From positions 186,001 through 250,000 of the forward strand of contig JBODTK010000127.1 in the NCBI GenBank assembly GCA_050613775.1: a DNA stretch of 64,000 nt, written 5' to 3'. Below, piece by piece: positions 1-11,457 of the stretch. The notes under the pieces were generated by a model. It was not told the DNA's origin. It did not search any database and was given only the letters and a program-made list of their open reading frames with translations. Both the position numbers and the translations under genes were made by a program. The first letter of the stretch is position 1, and each line of letters opens with the position of its first letter. This stretch comes from Neocallimastix sp. 'constans'. Its lineage: Eukaryota.

Positions 1-918
1 TTTCTTCTATAATGGCTTGTAGTTTGGGACAATGTTGTTGATAATGTCCAGGTTCCTTACAGAAGAAACAGGTTTTGACGGTAGAGTTTCTTGGTCCACG
101 TGTAAGGTTCTCCCTTTCACTTTCATCAGAAACTTTCCTATTGTCCCTGTTTTCATAAGTATTTCTTGGTGGTGAACTACGACTCTTATTATAATTATTA
201 TTATTATTGTTGGAAACATTTCTATTAGGACTTGGTACACGATGTAACCTCACAGCAAGTCTATCCACTTTTTCTGCAATTTCATAAGTTTGAAAGTGGT
301 ATATCATCAATTAAAGTTACTCTTTTCCAGGCCTCAATATTATTCTCAAGTGCATCAGCATAGTCCAAGATACTGATTTGTTTTTTTGTGAGTTTTATCT
401 AATTTTAAATATAATGTCCGATATCTTTTATTAAAATCCCTTACTTTTTCATTTCTACCAATTTTAAGAGCACGCAATTCCCTTAATAAGGTATTCTGAT
501 CTTCCTTTGCCCCATAGAATACTTCAAGAGCGTTGACGATCTCGACAAAAGAAGGATAACGGTTAGTTCTAACACTATCATTACTAGAACTACTTGAACT
601 AGTAGAGCTACTGGTGCTAGATCCTGACATCTCATCAGTATCAGTGGAACCATTCAATTCTACATCTTCTTCTGCTGTAGTAGCAGGTAGTTCTAATTCT
701 TGGATAATTTGTCTTGGTTCACCAGTAGACGTTAATAGGCAAGCAACAAAAATAGTTTTTGGATCAGTGATATTTTGTAATTGAATCCATAACTCAATTT
801 CAGAAGCCCAAGATTTTATATCCAAATGGTCCTTGTTTAATTTATCAACATATTTTAGTTCCTTTTTAAGATCTTTAAATGAAGGAACATTAGTAGTATC
901 ATTAGTAACTGAAGCCAT
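1..918 (-). pseudogene. gag: Gag of element A with two frameshifts (~385 and ~288)
   Basis: ATG at 918 (MASVTNDTT...). Capsid-like motif LRALKIGRNEKVRDFNKRY. Two frame changes are needed to reach the zinc knuckle; the first is in an A-run and could be a sequencing error. Confidence 0.75.
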
Positions 919-1258
919 ATTTCTTGAGTAGAAATTATACAGTAATATAGGTAAAATATTCAAAATAAAAATAATAATATTTTTTTTTTTTTTTTTTTTT
1001 TTTTATGTGTGTGTGAGTATGTTATAGATATATATAATATAGTATTAGAATTTATAAGTTTACAAACACTTCAGAGATTAAAAAAAAATTGGTAAGTTTA
1101 CAAACACTTCAGAGATTAAAAAAAATAAGTAAAAATTTTTTTTTTTTTTTTTTTTGTTTTTTTTTTTTTTTTTTTTGTTTTGTTTTATTTTGATATCCAA
1201 GATTAAAATATTTTATAATTATTGTTTATTAAATTATATCTTTATAGTTATTTATATG

Positions 1259-1466
1259 AGGTTCGAAATACACTTCGACCACCTACAAGAAATATATTTT
1301 TAGGTTCGAATAACACTCGACCACCTAAGGAAATTTTATATTATTGGTTCGAATACCTTTCGATCACCAATAGAAGATATAATTATATTAAGGTTATAAG
1401 CTCGAATGACACTTCGACCACTTATAATGATAATTATTTGGTTCAAGATACACCTCGACAACCAAA
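1259..1466. repeat. Five dispersed ~24-nt hairpin repeats (GGTTCGAA-N-TTCGACCACC) in the leader of A
   Basis: Copies at ~1260, 1303, 1346, 1399 and 1440, separated by AT-rich spacers. Confidence 0.85.
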
Positions 1467-1550
1467 TCAAACAGGTAGTAAAAAAAAAAATATAGTAGTC
1501 TTTCTTCTTTGGCTCAATTTCACTTAACCACAGAGTAAGAACAGTAAACA

Positions 1551-1597
<47 letters not shown>

Positions 1598-2466
1598 GAA
1601 TTCAGTACACTAGAATTTCTTATATGTAGCACGGAATAAATTAATTGCTAAATTAAAAAAATTAATATGGAAAATTTATAAATATTTCTTATATATATAT
1701 TATTAGCTTTATATTATTTTCGGATCCGCAGATTCTTTACAGGGCCGTTCGACCTCCACTATTGAACCGTCAGAATAGTGAATATAACAGAGTAGTGTGT
1801 GCCTGTACGAACACGGGACCTTACCACTTTTTCTATTCTGTTATCACTTGTATCACTAAACCTTATTCAATAATGCTCTACTACCTCCCTATGTGTAAAG
1901 CAATCCTTCTCCTATTCTCTAATATAAACGTCTAATTTTTATATCTATATATATCAACAGTCTTGGTATCAATATATAGATACTATATATATGTATATAT
2001 TTATAAATTTGAATTTATAATTTCAATTATAATATAATTTAGTCGATAATATAAATACGAATTACTATATACACTTAATTGTAACAAAGCCTTAAGCTAA
2101 GGAGTTTTTCATCCAACAGCCGCCGATTACAATAAGTTATAAATTGTATAAAAGTATTCTTATATTAATGAATAAATGTATAATATAATTAAATTATTAT
2201 TCTTACTAATTAGTACTTGACAGGAATAAATATTTCAAAGTTTTATATCACACTGTTTCTCTTGCACAAACAGAAATATAACAACTTTGTTGAATGAAAT
2301 TATTTATCCAACTAATATAGTAAGGACGTAGGTGCTACTTTAAATTATTAATATTTATTTATGTATATATTATATTTCTATATTATTGTAAAAAAAAATT
2401 TTTTTTTTTTTTTTTTAATTAAATAAAATTATTGTGTATGTTTTAATATTAGTTTTTAATTTTGAA

Positions 2467-2485
2467 ATCCCCGATATCTCCACCA
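2467..2485 (-). promoter_or_regulatory. Primer binding site of A (tRNA-Ala 3' end)
   Basis: Minus strand reads TGGTGGAGATATCGGGGAT, complementary to a ...UCUCCACCA tRNA-Ala end; 7 nt from the LTR. Confidence 0.75.
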
Positions 2486-2492
2486 AACTTTA

Positions 2493-3628
2493 TGTTATGG
2501 TTCGAGGAATTCAAAAAAAAAAATTATATAATATTAAAACACAAAAAAAATTTTATTCTTTCACAATAATTTTTATTTATTTATTATATTTTTATTTTAA
2601 TTTTTATTTTATTTTTATTATTATTTTTATTTATTTATTTTATTTTTATTTTATTTTTATTATTATTTTTATTTATTTATTTTATTTTTATTTTATTTTT
2701 ATTATTATTTTTATTTATTTATTTTATTTTTATTTTATTTTTATTATTATTTTTATTTATTTATTTTATTTTTATTTTATTTTTATTATTATTTTTATTT
2801 ATTTATTTTATTTTTATTTTATTTTTATTATTATTTTTATTTATTTATTTTATTTTTATTTTATTTTTATTATTATTTTTATTTATTTTTTTCTCTCCCC
2901 TAAAAAGGGGTTCCAAGGTAGTCAATTTATATCTTTTTGAAGATATAAAAGTAGCAAAGCCTCTGGAAGTAGTTGAAGAGATGGAAAAACAATAGATTTT
3001 TAAATCTTATTGATTATTTCCTTATTGTAATAAATAGAAATTTTATTATTTCCTAATATTCAAATTAACCAAAATAAATCTATAATATAAAAGATGCATT
3101 ATAGATAAGAATTAAACAAAAAAAAGAGAAGCAGTATTACAATAAAATTGAATACTTTAACTTAATTTTGATACTAATTTAATATGTAATCTTATATATT
3201 AATTTGAATGACATAATAGAAAATAAAATACATTTATTAATATATGAAAAATCTTTTACAATTTTAAATACAGGAAATTTTATTTTATTTATTTCTTTCA
3301 TTTCAATTATTTCTTAATTCGAAAGACAGAAATATTGATAAAGTTATTTAAGTTGTTTATATACAGGAATTATTCCTTATTTAGAAAAATAATACTAAAA
3401 GTAATTAGTACTATGTTATTGCTAAACTCTCATAAATTTAATTTACCTTTATAAGGAATGAACATAAATTTAAATTAAATTTTATGTATAAACTTAAATT
3501 TTCAGATCAAATAATATAGTAAAATTATTAATGTAAAGAATACATAAATTTATTAATATTTTAAAAATCACCTTGACTATATTAAAAGGTTTTTAATAAG
3601 AATCAATTTATTACTTCATTCTTTATCA
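2493..3628 (-). repeat. 5' LTR of A, containing a 42-bp tandem repeat at ~2570-2890
   Basis: TG start next to the PBS; CA end followed by GAGT. The partner LTR is outside the window, so the right end is inferred. Confidence 0.55.
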
Positions 3629-3632
3629 GAGT

Positions 3633-4650
3633 TGGTAGACTCGGGGTTGACACTTAGATATTTAAAATCAAGCAGGGGGGGACGGGTATTACCCTGCTTT
3701 GATTTTAAAAAAAATAAATCTTTCTTTATTAAAAATTATTTATTTTTTTTATTAATATAAAAGTTTTTTTTTTATTTAAAGTACACATATTTAATTTTTA
3801 AGAAATTGTTACAATATTTATATTTTTTTATAAATTTAAAGTATAATTAATTGTTTATAATTTAAGTAATTTTATAGAATTATTGAATTAATTTTATATC
3901 AATAATTCATTTTTGTTTTAATTTTTATAAATATAATAATATAATATTCAAATATAATTTAATTAAAAATAATTATAAAATAAATATATAGAAAATAGTT
4001 TTTACTATTTTCTTTAATATTTTTAAGTTAAATAAATTGTTTTTAAAGATTAATATAATAAATTTAATAATCTTTAATTATTTTAAATAATACTTGTAAT
4101 TATTTTCAAAATAAAATAAAATTTTTATAATATTTAATTAATAAATTTGATAATATTTAAATAATAATTTTTATAATAAGTAATAATTTTTAATAATAAT
4201 TTTTAATAATAAATTTAATTAATAATCTTAATAATTTTATAATAATATTTAATAGTTATAATAAATAAATTTTTATAATAATATTTAATAATTTTAATAA
4301 TTTTATAATATTAATAATTTATAATAATTTTTAGAATAATATTTAATTAATAATTTTAATAATTTTATAATAATTTTTATAATAATATTTAATTAATATT
4401 TTTAATAATTTAGTATCTTAAAAGTATAATTTTAATATTTACAATTGTATTTTAATATATACATATATTTAATAATATAACAATAAAGTGATTAATTAAA
4501 ATTTATTTACATTATTTACAAATTAAAATTAATTTATATCAAAATAAATTAAATTTACAATGAGGTTTAGGTTATGAAGAATATAGGAAAGTACAATTTA
4601 GTAAAGAATTATTAATAATAAAATAAAGGTTATTAATTCATTCTTTACCA
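3633..4650. mobile_element. Solo LTR 'X' (1018 bp)
   Basis: TGGTA...TACCA terminal inverted repeat flanked by GAGT on both sides (3629-3632, 4651-4654); no ORF; termini resemble the A LTR termini. Confidence 0.75.
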
Positions 4651-4887
4651 GAGTTGATAAATTTTAGAAATTATCTTAATTTTAATATAGAATTAAAAAG
4701 TGATAATTTCAATTTATTTTAATAATAACTGTATAAGTTATTTATGAATTAAAAATGTTTTATTAAAAATAACACTAAAAATTTGATTTATTAGAACACT
4801 TGTTTTCTAATATTTTATTTTATAAATCTTTTATTGAAATTTATTAAACATTATAAAAATTAAAAGTGATTATTAAAATTATAAAAT

Positions 4888-4919
<32 letters not shown>

Positions 4920-5437
4920 TACATGAAATATTTACAAGTATTTATATTTTTCTTTAAAATTAAACTATTTATAATTTATAAATAAAAAGAATAATTAAAT
5001 AAAATAAAAGTAATAAAATTAATAATAAAATAAATAATTAATAATAAAATAAATAAATTTGTTTATTATAAAAATAATTAAAAATATTTTGTTATTTAAA
5101 TTAATTAATTTTGTTATTATAAAAATATTATTTAATTATAAAATTAATTATAAAAATTATTATAAAACTAATTATAAAAATTAATTATTTTATTTTAAAT
5201 TTAATCTTAATATTTTTATTTTGAAAAATATATAATATTTCTTTCATATCTGAGTATTAATGTAATTTTTAAGTGTAATTTATTTGTTTTATTTAATTAA
5301 TTAATTAATTAATTTTTAAATTTTTTTTTTTTTTATTTTATTAAATTATTATTAAACTTGGCTAAGGTTAGTTTCGATTTTATGTATAATATATTTTTAA
5401 GATTTATTAATTTTGTTATTTATCAATTCATCGGCGG

Positions 5438-8400
5438 TTAAGATTGAACTTCGTCCCTTGAAGTTAATTCTTTTTCTGGAATGATATAAGGAAAAACATT
5501 TTTAATATGTACATTTCGATCAAGAAGTTTTCCTGTTTGAGGATCCTCGAGGACAACTGTATTGAATTTTTGTTTGTTAACTACTTTATATGGTCCATAA
5601 AAGTAAGGATTTAATTTACTTCTTCCAATTAATCTTATCATCACGTAATCTCCGGGTTTATAATTTTTCTTTAGTGATTTCGATAGTCCAATGCGATGTT
5701 CCCAATATTGATTTGCGTAATCCGAATATTCTGTTGCTTGTTTCACCCAATTCTGATGTCTTAGGAATCTTCTAAAAATATATTCTTCATCTGTTTCATT
5801 TGGATCTTTGTAAATATCTGGAAACATTACTTCTAATGGCCAGGTGTCTTTTCTCCCATAAAGTAATTCAAAGCTGCTAAATTTTGTTTTGGAATTTTTT
5901 GTTGTTCTAAGAGCCCAAAGTGCGGATGGTAAATATTCATCCCATTCACTTTCGTTTTCAACTAAGAGTCTTAAAATTTTCTCTACTTCTCTATTACGGT
6001 TTTCAATCATACCATTTGATTCTGGATGATGTGGAGATACAAAGTGCACCCATGACCCATAAAGATCGATCATCATTTTAGTAATATCTGATGCGAACGA
6101 ACTTCCATTATCTGTAACAATTATTTCTGGAGGACCATGTCTTGATATAACTTCAGTTAAAAATTTTATAACTTCTTCAGTCTTTGTGTTTGGAATGGCT
6201 TTAGCTTCAACCCATTTTGTGAAGTAGTCAACCAATGTAATAATATACATATTTCCATTTTTAGTAATTGGAAGAGGACCAATCGTATCAAGTCCAACAC
6301 GAGTAAATGGTTGTTCAACTGGTGTTACATTATCTGCAGTGTTTTTCGGGATTGGTTTTGGTCTACAAAGTTGACATTTTCTGCAAGATTTGATCCACAT
6401 CCTAACGTCATTCCAAATGCCGGGCCAATAATATGAATTTAGTATTCTGTTTACAGTTTTTTCGGCTCCTTCATGTCCTACAGAATGAGCACGATTAATT
6501 ATATCCTTTTTGTCTTCATCACGGTAGATAACTTTTAAATAAGTATCATCTTTCTTATAATATAAGGTGTTATCAACAACTTGATAATTCTTAGTGAAGT
6601 ATTTGATTATTCCTTCTGGTAGGTTTAAATCTTTTGGATTAAGATCAGCTAAAATTGTATTAATACATTTTATAATATCTTCGCTGTCTTTTGAAGGTAG
6701 TCTTGAAAGAGCGTCTGCGAAAACATTTTTCTTTCCTTTTTCATATTTTAGTTCAATTTTATATTTGTTAAATTCTTCTATCCAACGCATGTGTCTTCCT
6801 TTATTTGGAATAGTATTTTTGTAAAATCCTAAGAGTGGTTTATGATCCGTAATGAATATAGTTGGTTTCTTGTTACTAATTAAGTACTGACGGAATTTTT
6901 GGATTGCGTAATTAATAGCCAAACCTTCAAGATCAGTTACAGAGTAATTTCTTTCTGGAGGTGATAAAGTACGACTTACACAACAAATTGGGTGTTCTAA
7001 TTTGTCTTCCTCCACCTGTAAGAGGACAGCACCGATACCTTGAGTAGAGGCGTCTGTTCTAACAATAAATTCTTTATCAAAGTCAGGATAACATAATATA
7101 GGGTCAGACAATAAACAGTGACGTATGTCATCAAAAGCTTCATTATGATCAGAAGTCCATATATATGGTTGATTTTTCTTAAGTAGTTTAAAAAGAGAGT
7201 CAGCTCTTATAGAGAAATTTTGTATAAATTTTCTGTAATAACTAGCAAGACCAAGGAAGGACCTGAGCTCATTAACATTTTTGGGAGCTTCCCAAAGGGC
7301 TATACTTTGAACTTTAGAAGGAACAGTTTTTAAACCATTAGGGGTAAGAACATGACCTAAGACTTCAATTGATTCTTGGAAAAATTTGCATTTTTGAAGA
7401 TTGAGGGAGAGATTATACTTGGAGAATATTTCAAATACTTGTTTTAAATGTTCAAGATGTTCTTCAATAGAAGTAGAATATACAACTATGTCATCGATGT
7501 AAACGAATAAGCATTTACCAATGAGGGGTAAAAGGATTCTGTTCATCTCCCTTTGAAAGGTAGCGGGAGCATTAGTTAAACCGAAAGGCATAACAACAAA
7601 ATTATAGTTTCCAAATTTTGTTGTGAAAGAAGTTTTTTCGATATCTCTGGGATTCATTGGGATTTGGTGATAACCCGAATATAAGTCAAGGGCTGAAAAT
7701 ATTTTAGCACCTCTAACTGAAGAGACAAGTTCATCGATGAAAGGAAGTGCATATGAATCTTTAATAGTGATTTCATTAAGCCTTCTGTAATCTATACATA
7801 GTCTCCATTTCCCATTTTTCTTTCTGACTAATAAAACAGGAAATGACCAAGGAGAATGCGAGGGAATAATTAAGCCTTTATTAAGTAAGGATATAATTTC
7901 TTCTTTTAGAATATCAGAATGCTCTTTTGATAATTTATAAGGTTTTAGCTTAATAGGTTTTTCCGTAGTAGTAATTATTGAATGTGGTTCAAGGTTAGCA
8001 GTTGTTAGCTGACTTAGTGATGTTGCCATACAATTTTTGTATTGATTAATAAGATTTTCAAATTTTGATTTAACTTTATCTGGAACAGAATTGAGAATTT
8101 CGTTTAAGGTAGAGTTAAATTCACGAATTTCTTCATCTTCTTTAGATACATAAATAGCATTCATTAAGGGAATATTATTTGTGTTATTTGAGTTAATTAT
8201 CTGGATTATCTTTTTAAGACCTTTTCTTGTTTTCTGATATATGAAATCATCATCTGGATCAATAAGTAATCTATATTTCTTTTGGATACTTCTTCCAAAA
8301 ATAATATCAAAGTATGGATTATCTTGATTTATAATATAAAATTTTTCATAAATGTTGCAAGAATCATTAATGTTAATTTTCAATGGAACATAGTATTTAG

Positions 8401-9313
8401 TAGGTACTGTAGATCCATTTGCTAAAGTAATATTTTGTTCTATTATATCTTCTTCAATTTTCACATCATTAAATTTATTTAAACATCCTGTTGTTATAAC
8501 ATTTACATTTGCTCCTGTATCGTAAAGAATTTTTAAAAATACTTCTTTCGTTTTTCCAATGAAGATTGGAATAGGAATATTATAAAGAGAGCATAATACA
8601 TTTTCTATCTTTGGCTTACAACCTTGTCCTAATTCCTTCCTAAGAGTAGGACTAATAAAAAGTAATTGTGCAAGACTAATTTTCGGAAACAAGTTGTTGG
8701 CTTCCTTAATTATACTAAATTTATTACCTGATTCTAACATTTGTATATCTGTCATACTTCTTTTTCTGGTTTGTTTAGTTTGACTGAGAGATTGACTATG
8801 TGTTAGAACGTCTTTGGTATTATTTTCATTATTTATTTTTCTATGTTCATCAATTATGTTAATTACATTATTTTTATTATTTCCATTATTACTTTCATTA
8901 TTATTTCCATTATTGATTTCTGAATTATTTTTCATTTCAGAATCTTTTGTATTTTCCTTTGTATTATATGGTTCATCAATAATAATTTCCTCATTATCAT
9001 TTAATTCATGGTCATTTTGTTTTTCATTATTAAGTTCTTCACTTATTTTTCTTCTTCTTGTATTCCTAATTGCTTTCTTTTGTTGTTTAACTTTCTTAAT
9101 ATTTGGTTGATTGAGAATGGATGGTTTAACTATACTTTTATTATTTTGAGAGATTTTATTCTTATCCAAAGTACTTGTAGGCACTTTCTTTTTCTGGGCT
9201 ACATTAATTTGAGGGATTTGATTTTTTTCGTTATTAAGGTAATTTATTGATTGATTTGATGATGCAATTTTAGTTATTTTGGGAGATTGCTTACTCCCAT
9301 AATTTAATTTAAA
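5438..9313 (-). CDS. pol: Pol of B (PR-RT-RNaseH-IN), expressed by -1 frameshift
   Basis: LYDTGA protease, YIDD RT, RTDAS RNase H, HHCC and DDE integrase, GPY motif; Gypsy domain order. Confidence 0.95.
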   Translation of the reverse strand, partial: FKLNYGSKQSPKITKIASSNQSINYLNNEKNQIPQINVAQKKKVPTSTLDKNKISQNNKSIVKPSILNQPNIKKVKQQKKAIRNTRRRKISEELNNEKQNDHELNDNEEIIIDEPYNTKENTKDSEMKNNSEINNGNNNESNNGNNKNNVINIIDEHRKINNENNTKDVLTHSQSLSQTKQTRKRSMTDIQMLESGNKFSIIKEANNLFPKISLAQLLFISPTLRKELGQGCKPKIENVLCSLYNIPIPIFIGKTKEVFLKILYDTGANVNVITTGCLNKFNDVKIEEDIIEQNITLANGSTVPTKYYVPLKININDSCNIYEKFYIINQDNPYFDIIFGRSIQKKYRLLIDPDDDFIYQKTRKGLKKIIQIINSNNTNNIPLMNAIYVSKEDEEIREFNSTLNEILNSVPDKVKSKFENLINQYKNCMATSLSQLTTANLEPHSIITTTEKPIKLKPYKLSKEHSDILKEEIISLLNKGLIIPSHSPWSFPVLLVRKKNGKWRLCIDYRRLNEITIKDSYALPFIDELVSSVRGAKIFSALDLYSGYHQIPMNPRDIEKTSFTTKFGNYNFVVMPFGLTNAPATFQREMNRILLPLIGKCLFVYIDDIVVYSTSIEEHLEHLKQVFEIFSKYNLSLNLQKCKFFQESIEVLGHVLTPNGLKTVPSKVQSIALWEAPKNVNELRSFLGLASYYRKFIQNFSIRADSLFKLLKKNQPYIWTSDHNEAFDDIRHCLLSDPILCYPDFDKEFIVRTDASTQGIGAVLLQVEEDKLEHPICCVSRTLSPPERNYSVTDLEGLAINYAIQKFRQYLISNKKPTIFITDHKPLLGFYKNTIPNKGRHMRWIEEFNKYKIELKYEKGKKNVFADALSRLPSKDSEDIIKCINTILADLNPKDLNLPEGIIKYFTKNYQVVDNTLYYKKDDTYLKVIYRDEDKKDIINRAHSVGHEGAEKTVNRILNSYYWPGIWNDVRMWIKSCRKCQLCRPKPIPKNTADNVTPVEQPFTRVGLDTIGPLPITKNGNMYIITLVDYFTKWVEAKAIPNTKTEEVIKFLTEVISRHGPPEIIVTDNGSSFASDITKMMIDLYGSWVHFVSPHHPESNGMIENRNREVEKILRLLVENESEWDEYLPSALWALRTTKNSKTKFSSFELLYGRKDTWPLEVMFPDIYKDPNETDEEYIFRRFLRHQNWVKQATEYSDYANQYWEHRIGLSKSLKKNYKPGDYVMIRLIGRSKLNPYFYGPYKVVNKQKFNTVVLEDPQTGKLLDRNVHIKNVFPYIIPEKELTSRDEVQS

Positions 9314-10197
9314 CACTCTTCTTCTAATTCAGGGCAATCATCTTTAACATGACCTATTCTTTGACAATTTAAGCATACATTGATTTTTAAATCAGCAAGT
9401 TTCTGAGTTATTTCTTGTAATTCATCATCTTGAAGTTGTGTAGGTTTCAATGTGACTTTTCTATTTTCAACATTTTGATTAATATAATTATGAGTAGGTT
9501 TTATATTATTATTATATTTTTGGTAATTATTGTTGTGACTATTATTTATATTATTATTCTTATTATTAAATGAATTATTTTTATTATAAGTACTTGTATA
9601 ATATGTTCCATAATTATTTTGAGTGTTAGATTTTATTTTTCTTTTGTTTGATTCTCCTTTATCTTTAGACCTATTTGATTCTACTAATTTATATATCTTC
9701 TCCTTTTTAGACGTTATTTGCATTGCATCTTTTAAGTTTTGCGGTTCTACTTCTAATAAAGCCTCATAGGTTTTAGTTAAAGTCCGAAATGCATTAATAT
9801 AATAAGAGATTATAACTTCCTTATTTAAATCAATTCTAATTTTATTTAAAAGTGTTTCAAACCTTATGTTGAATTCTGCAACACTTTCACCTTTCTTAAT
9901 TGTAGCTGTTGAAAGTTCTAATAACCTTGAATTTTTAGGAAGAGGACCCTTGTAATGTTCCTGTAATTTACTTATAATGGTATCATATTTATCTGGGGTA
10001 GTTTTATTTAATGAATTTATTACTATCTTTCTTGCAATACCAGTAGTAATTGAAATTAAACATTCTATCTTTTCTTCTTCGTCAATTTTATTGGAATTAC
10101 ACCAACGAGTATATGAGAAATTCCAATCATCAAATTCTACAGTCGGTTGACCTAATATAGGAATTCTGTTGAAATTAATTGATTTTAAATCGGACAT
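9304..10197 (-). CDS. gag: Gag of B
   Basis: 297-aa ORF upstream of pol with CLNCQRIGHVKDDC zinc knuckle. Confidence 0.9.
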   Translation of the reverse strand: MSDLKSINFNRIPILGQPTVEFDDWNFSYTRWCNSNKIDEEEKIECLISITTGIARKIVINSLNKTTPDKYDTIISKLQEHYKGPLPKNSRLLELSTATIKKGESVAEFNIRFETLLNKIRIDLNKEVIISYYINAFRTLTKTYEALLEVEPQNLKDAMQITSKKEKIYKLVESNRSKDKGESNKRKIKSNTQNNYGTYYTSTYNKNNSFNNKNNNINNSHNNNYQKYNNNIKPTHNYINQNVENRKVTLKPTQLQDDELQEITQKLADLKINVCLNCQRIGHVKDDCPELEEECLN

Positions 10198-10403
10198 TTT
10201 ACTCTGGAATTTAGAAGTATTTTTGTTTTCTCTTTAATATAATTTATATACTTTATTTTATATAATAATTTATTCGCTAACAAAATATTTATATATTTAA
10301 ATTTAATTATTTAATCAAATTTTTAATTAATTAAAATTTTATATATTCAATTTCAATATATTTATTCATTCACTTATTATACGTTTCTTTAATTAGTTAT
10401 TAT

Positions 10404-10461
<58 letters not shown>

Positions 10462-11175
10462 TTATTTATTTAAGAACCTCGAATTATATATGTAGCAGTA
10501 ATAGATTTTCTTGGCGTTCTGATTATATTTTCGACCTCATTAGACTCTACTTACTCTCTTGTGCTGTTTTCATTCGACTGGTTATAAAGTTTTCCGTTTC
10601 TCTGGATCTCTCACCAAAGTATCGATATAACCAATCAATTACTCTCCAGTACAATTTTCAGTTCTGTCTAACCTCTACTCTCTATAATCAGGACCCAATA
10701 CTCTCTCTTGCTACTCTAATTTATATCTTATTAATCGCGACCTAGAGTCAAGCTCCAATAGTTTATGATTAATAAAATATAAACCTATATAATTCTTTAA
10801 AATTAAAATAGAATTTTTTTTTTTTTTTTTTTTTTTCAAAATATTATCTATCGTTTCCTTTCCTTATATTTGTCGTTCTTTTCCTATTTATTTATTATTT
10901 TCTTCTTAATATAAATGGCTTTCTTCCCAATATTAATTTAATTTCTATTTATTATATTATTATTATATTATTATATATATATACATATATATATATATTT
11001 TATTTTTAATTTTAAATTATGAATTTTTATACTAGTTCATACTCTAGTTTTAATTTTTAATTATTATTATATAATAAATATTATTTATCCTTTATTTTAT
11101 TATTATGAATTTTTATACTAGTTCATACTCTAGTGTTAATAAATAATACTTATTAATAATAAGTTAGCTGCCTCT

Positions 11176-11191
11176 CCGGTTCGAAGGACCA
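11176..11191 (-). promoter_or_regulatory. PBS of B (tRNA-Tyr 3' end)
   Basis: TGGTCCTTCGAACCGG, complementary to the eukaryotic tRNA-Tyr end (...CCGGCUCGAAGGACCA); 1 nt from the LTR. Confidence 0.85.
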
Positions 11192-11425
11192 CTGATAAAT
11201 TTTAGAAATTATCTTAATTTTAATATAGAATTAAAAAGTGATAATTTCAATTTATTTTAATAATAACTGTATAAGTTATTTATGAATTAAAAATGTTTTA
11301 TTAAAAATAACACTAAAAATTTGATTTATTAGAACACTTGTTTTCTAATATTTTATTTTATAAATCTTTTATTGAAATTTATTAAACATTATAAAAATTA
11401 AAAGTGATTATTAAAATTATAAAAT

Positions 11426-11457
<32 letters not shown>

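Larger units (their letters stand above)
1..3628 (-). mobile_element. Ty3/Gypsy LTR retrotransposon 'A', 5' part (5' LTR, PBS, leader, gag); continues off the left edge
   Basis: Gag-like ORF with a CCHC knuckle (CFFCKEPGHYQQHC, ~29-70). tRNA-Ala-type PBS at 2467-2485. LTR starts TGTTATGG at 2493. Right end placed at ...TTTATCA 3628 because GAGT follows and the end resembles that of the adjacent solo LTR. Confidence 0.8.

Noticed and set aside
1259..1466. CRISPR-like repeat-spacer array
   Set aside because: Repeats are degenerate, spacers short and low-complexity, no cas genes, and it lies inside a eukaryotic retrotransposon leader.
2434..2940. 168-aa hydrophobic ORF (and similar ORFs at 16680, 45241, 58649, 58702)
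   Set aside because: Translations of 42-bp, (ATTTT)n or (ATT)n repeats, or shadow frames of pol.
3336..3628. Separate 293-bp solo LTR (TGATAAAG...CTTTATCA)
   Set aside because: Flanks ATAT and GAGT do not match, and an 8-bp inverted match is plausible by chance in AT-rich DNA. Not fully excluded.
3633..3649. TGGTAGACTCGGGG as a PBS
   Set aside because: Better explained as the start of solo LTR X (TGGTA/TACCA ends, GAGT on both sides); no coding region follows.
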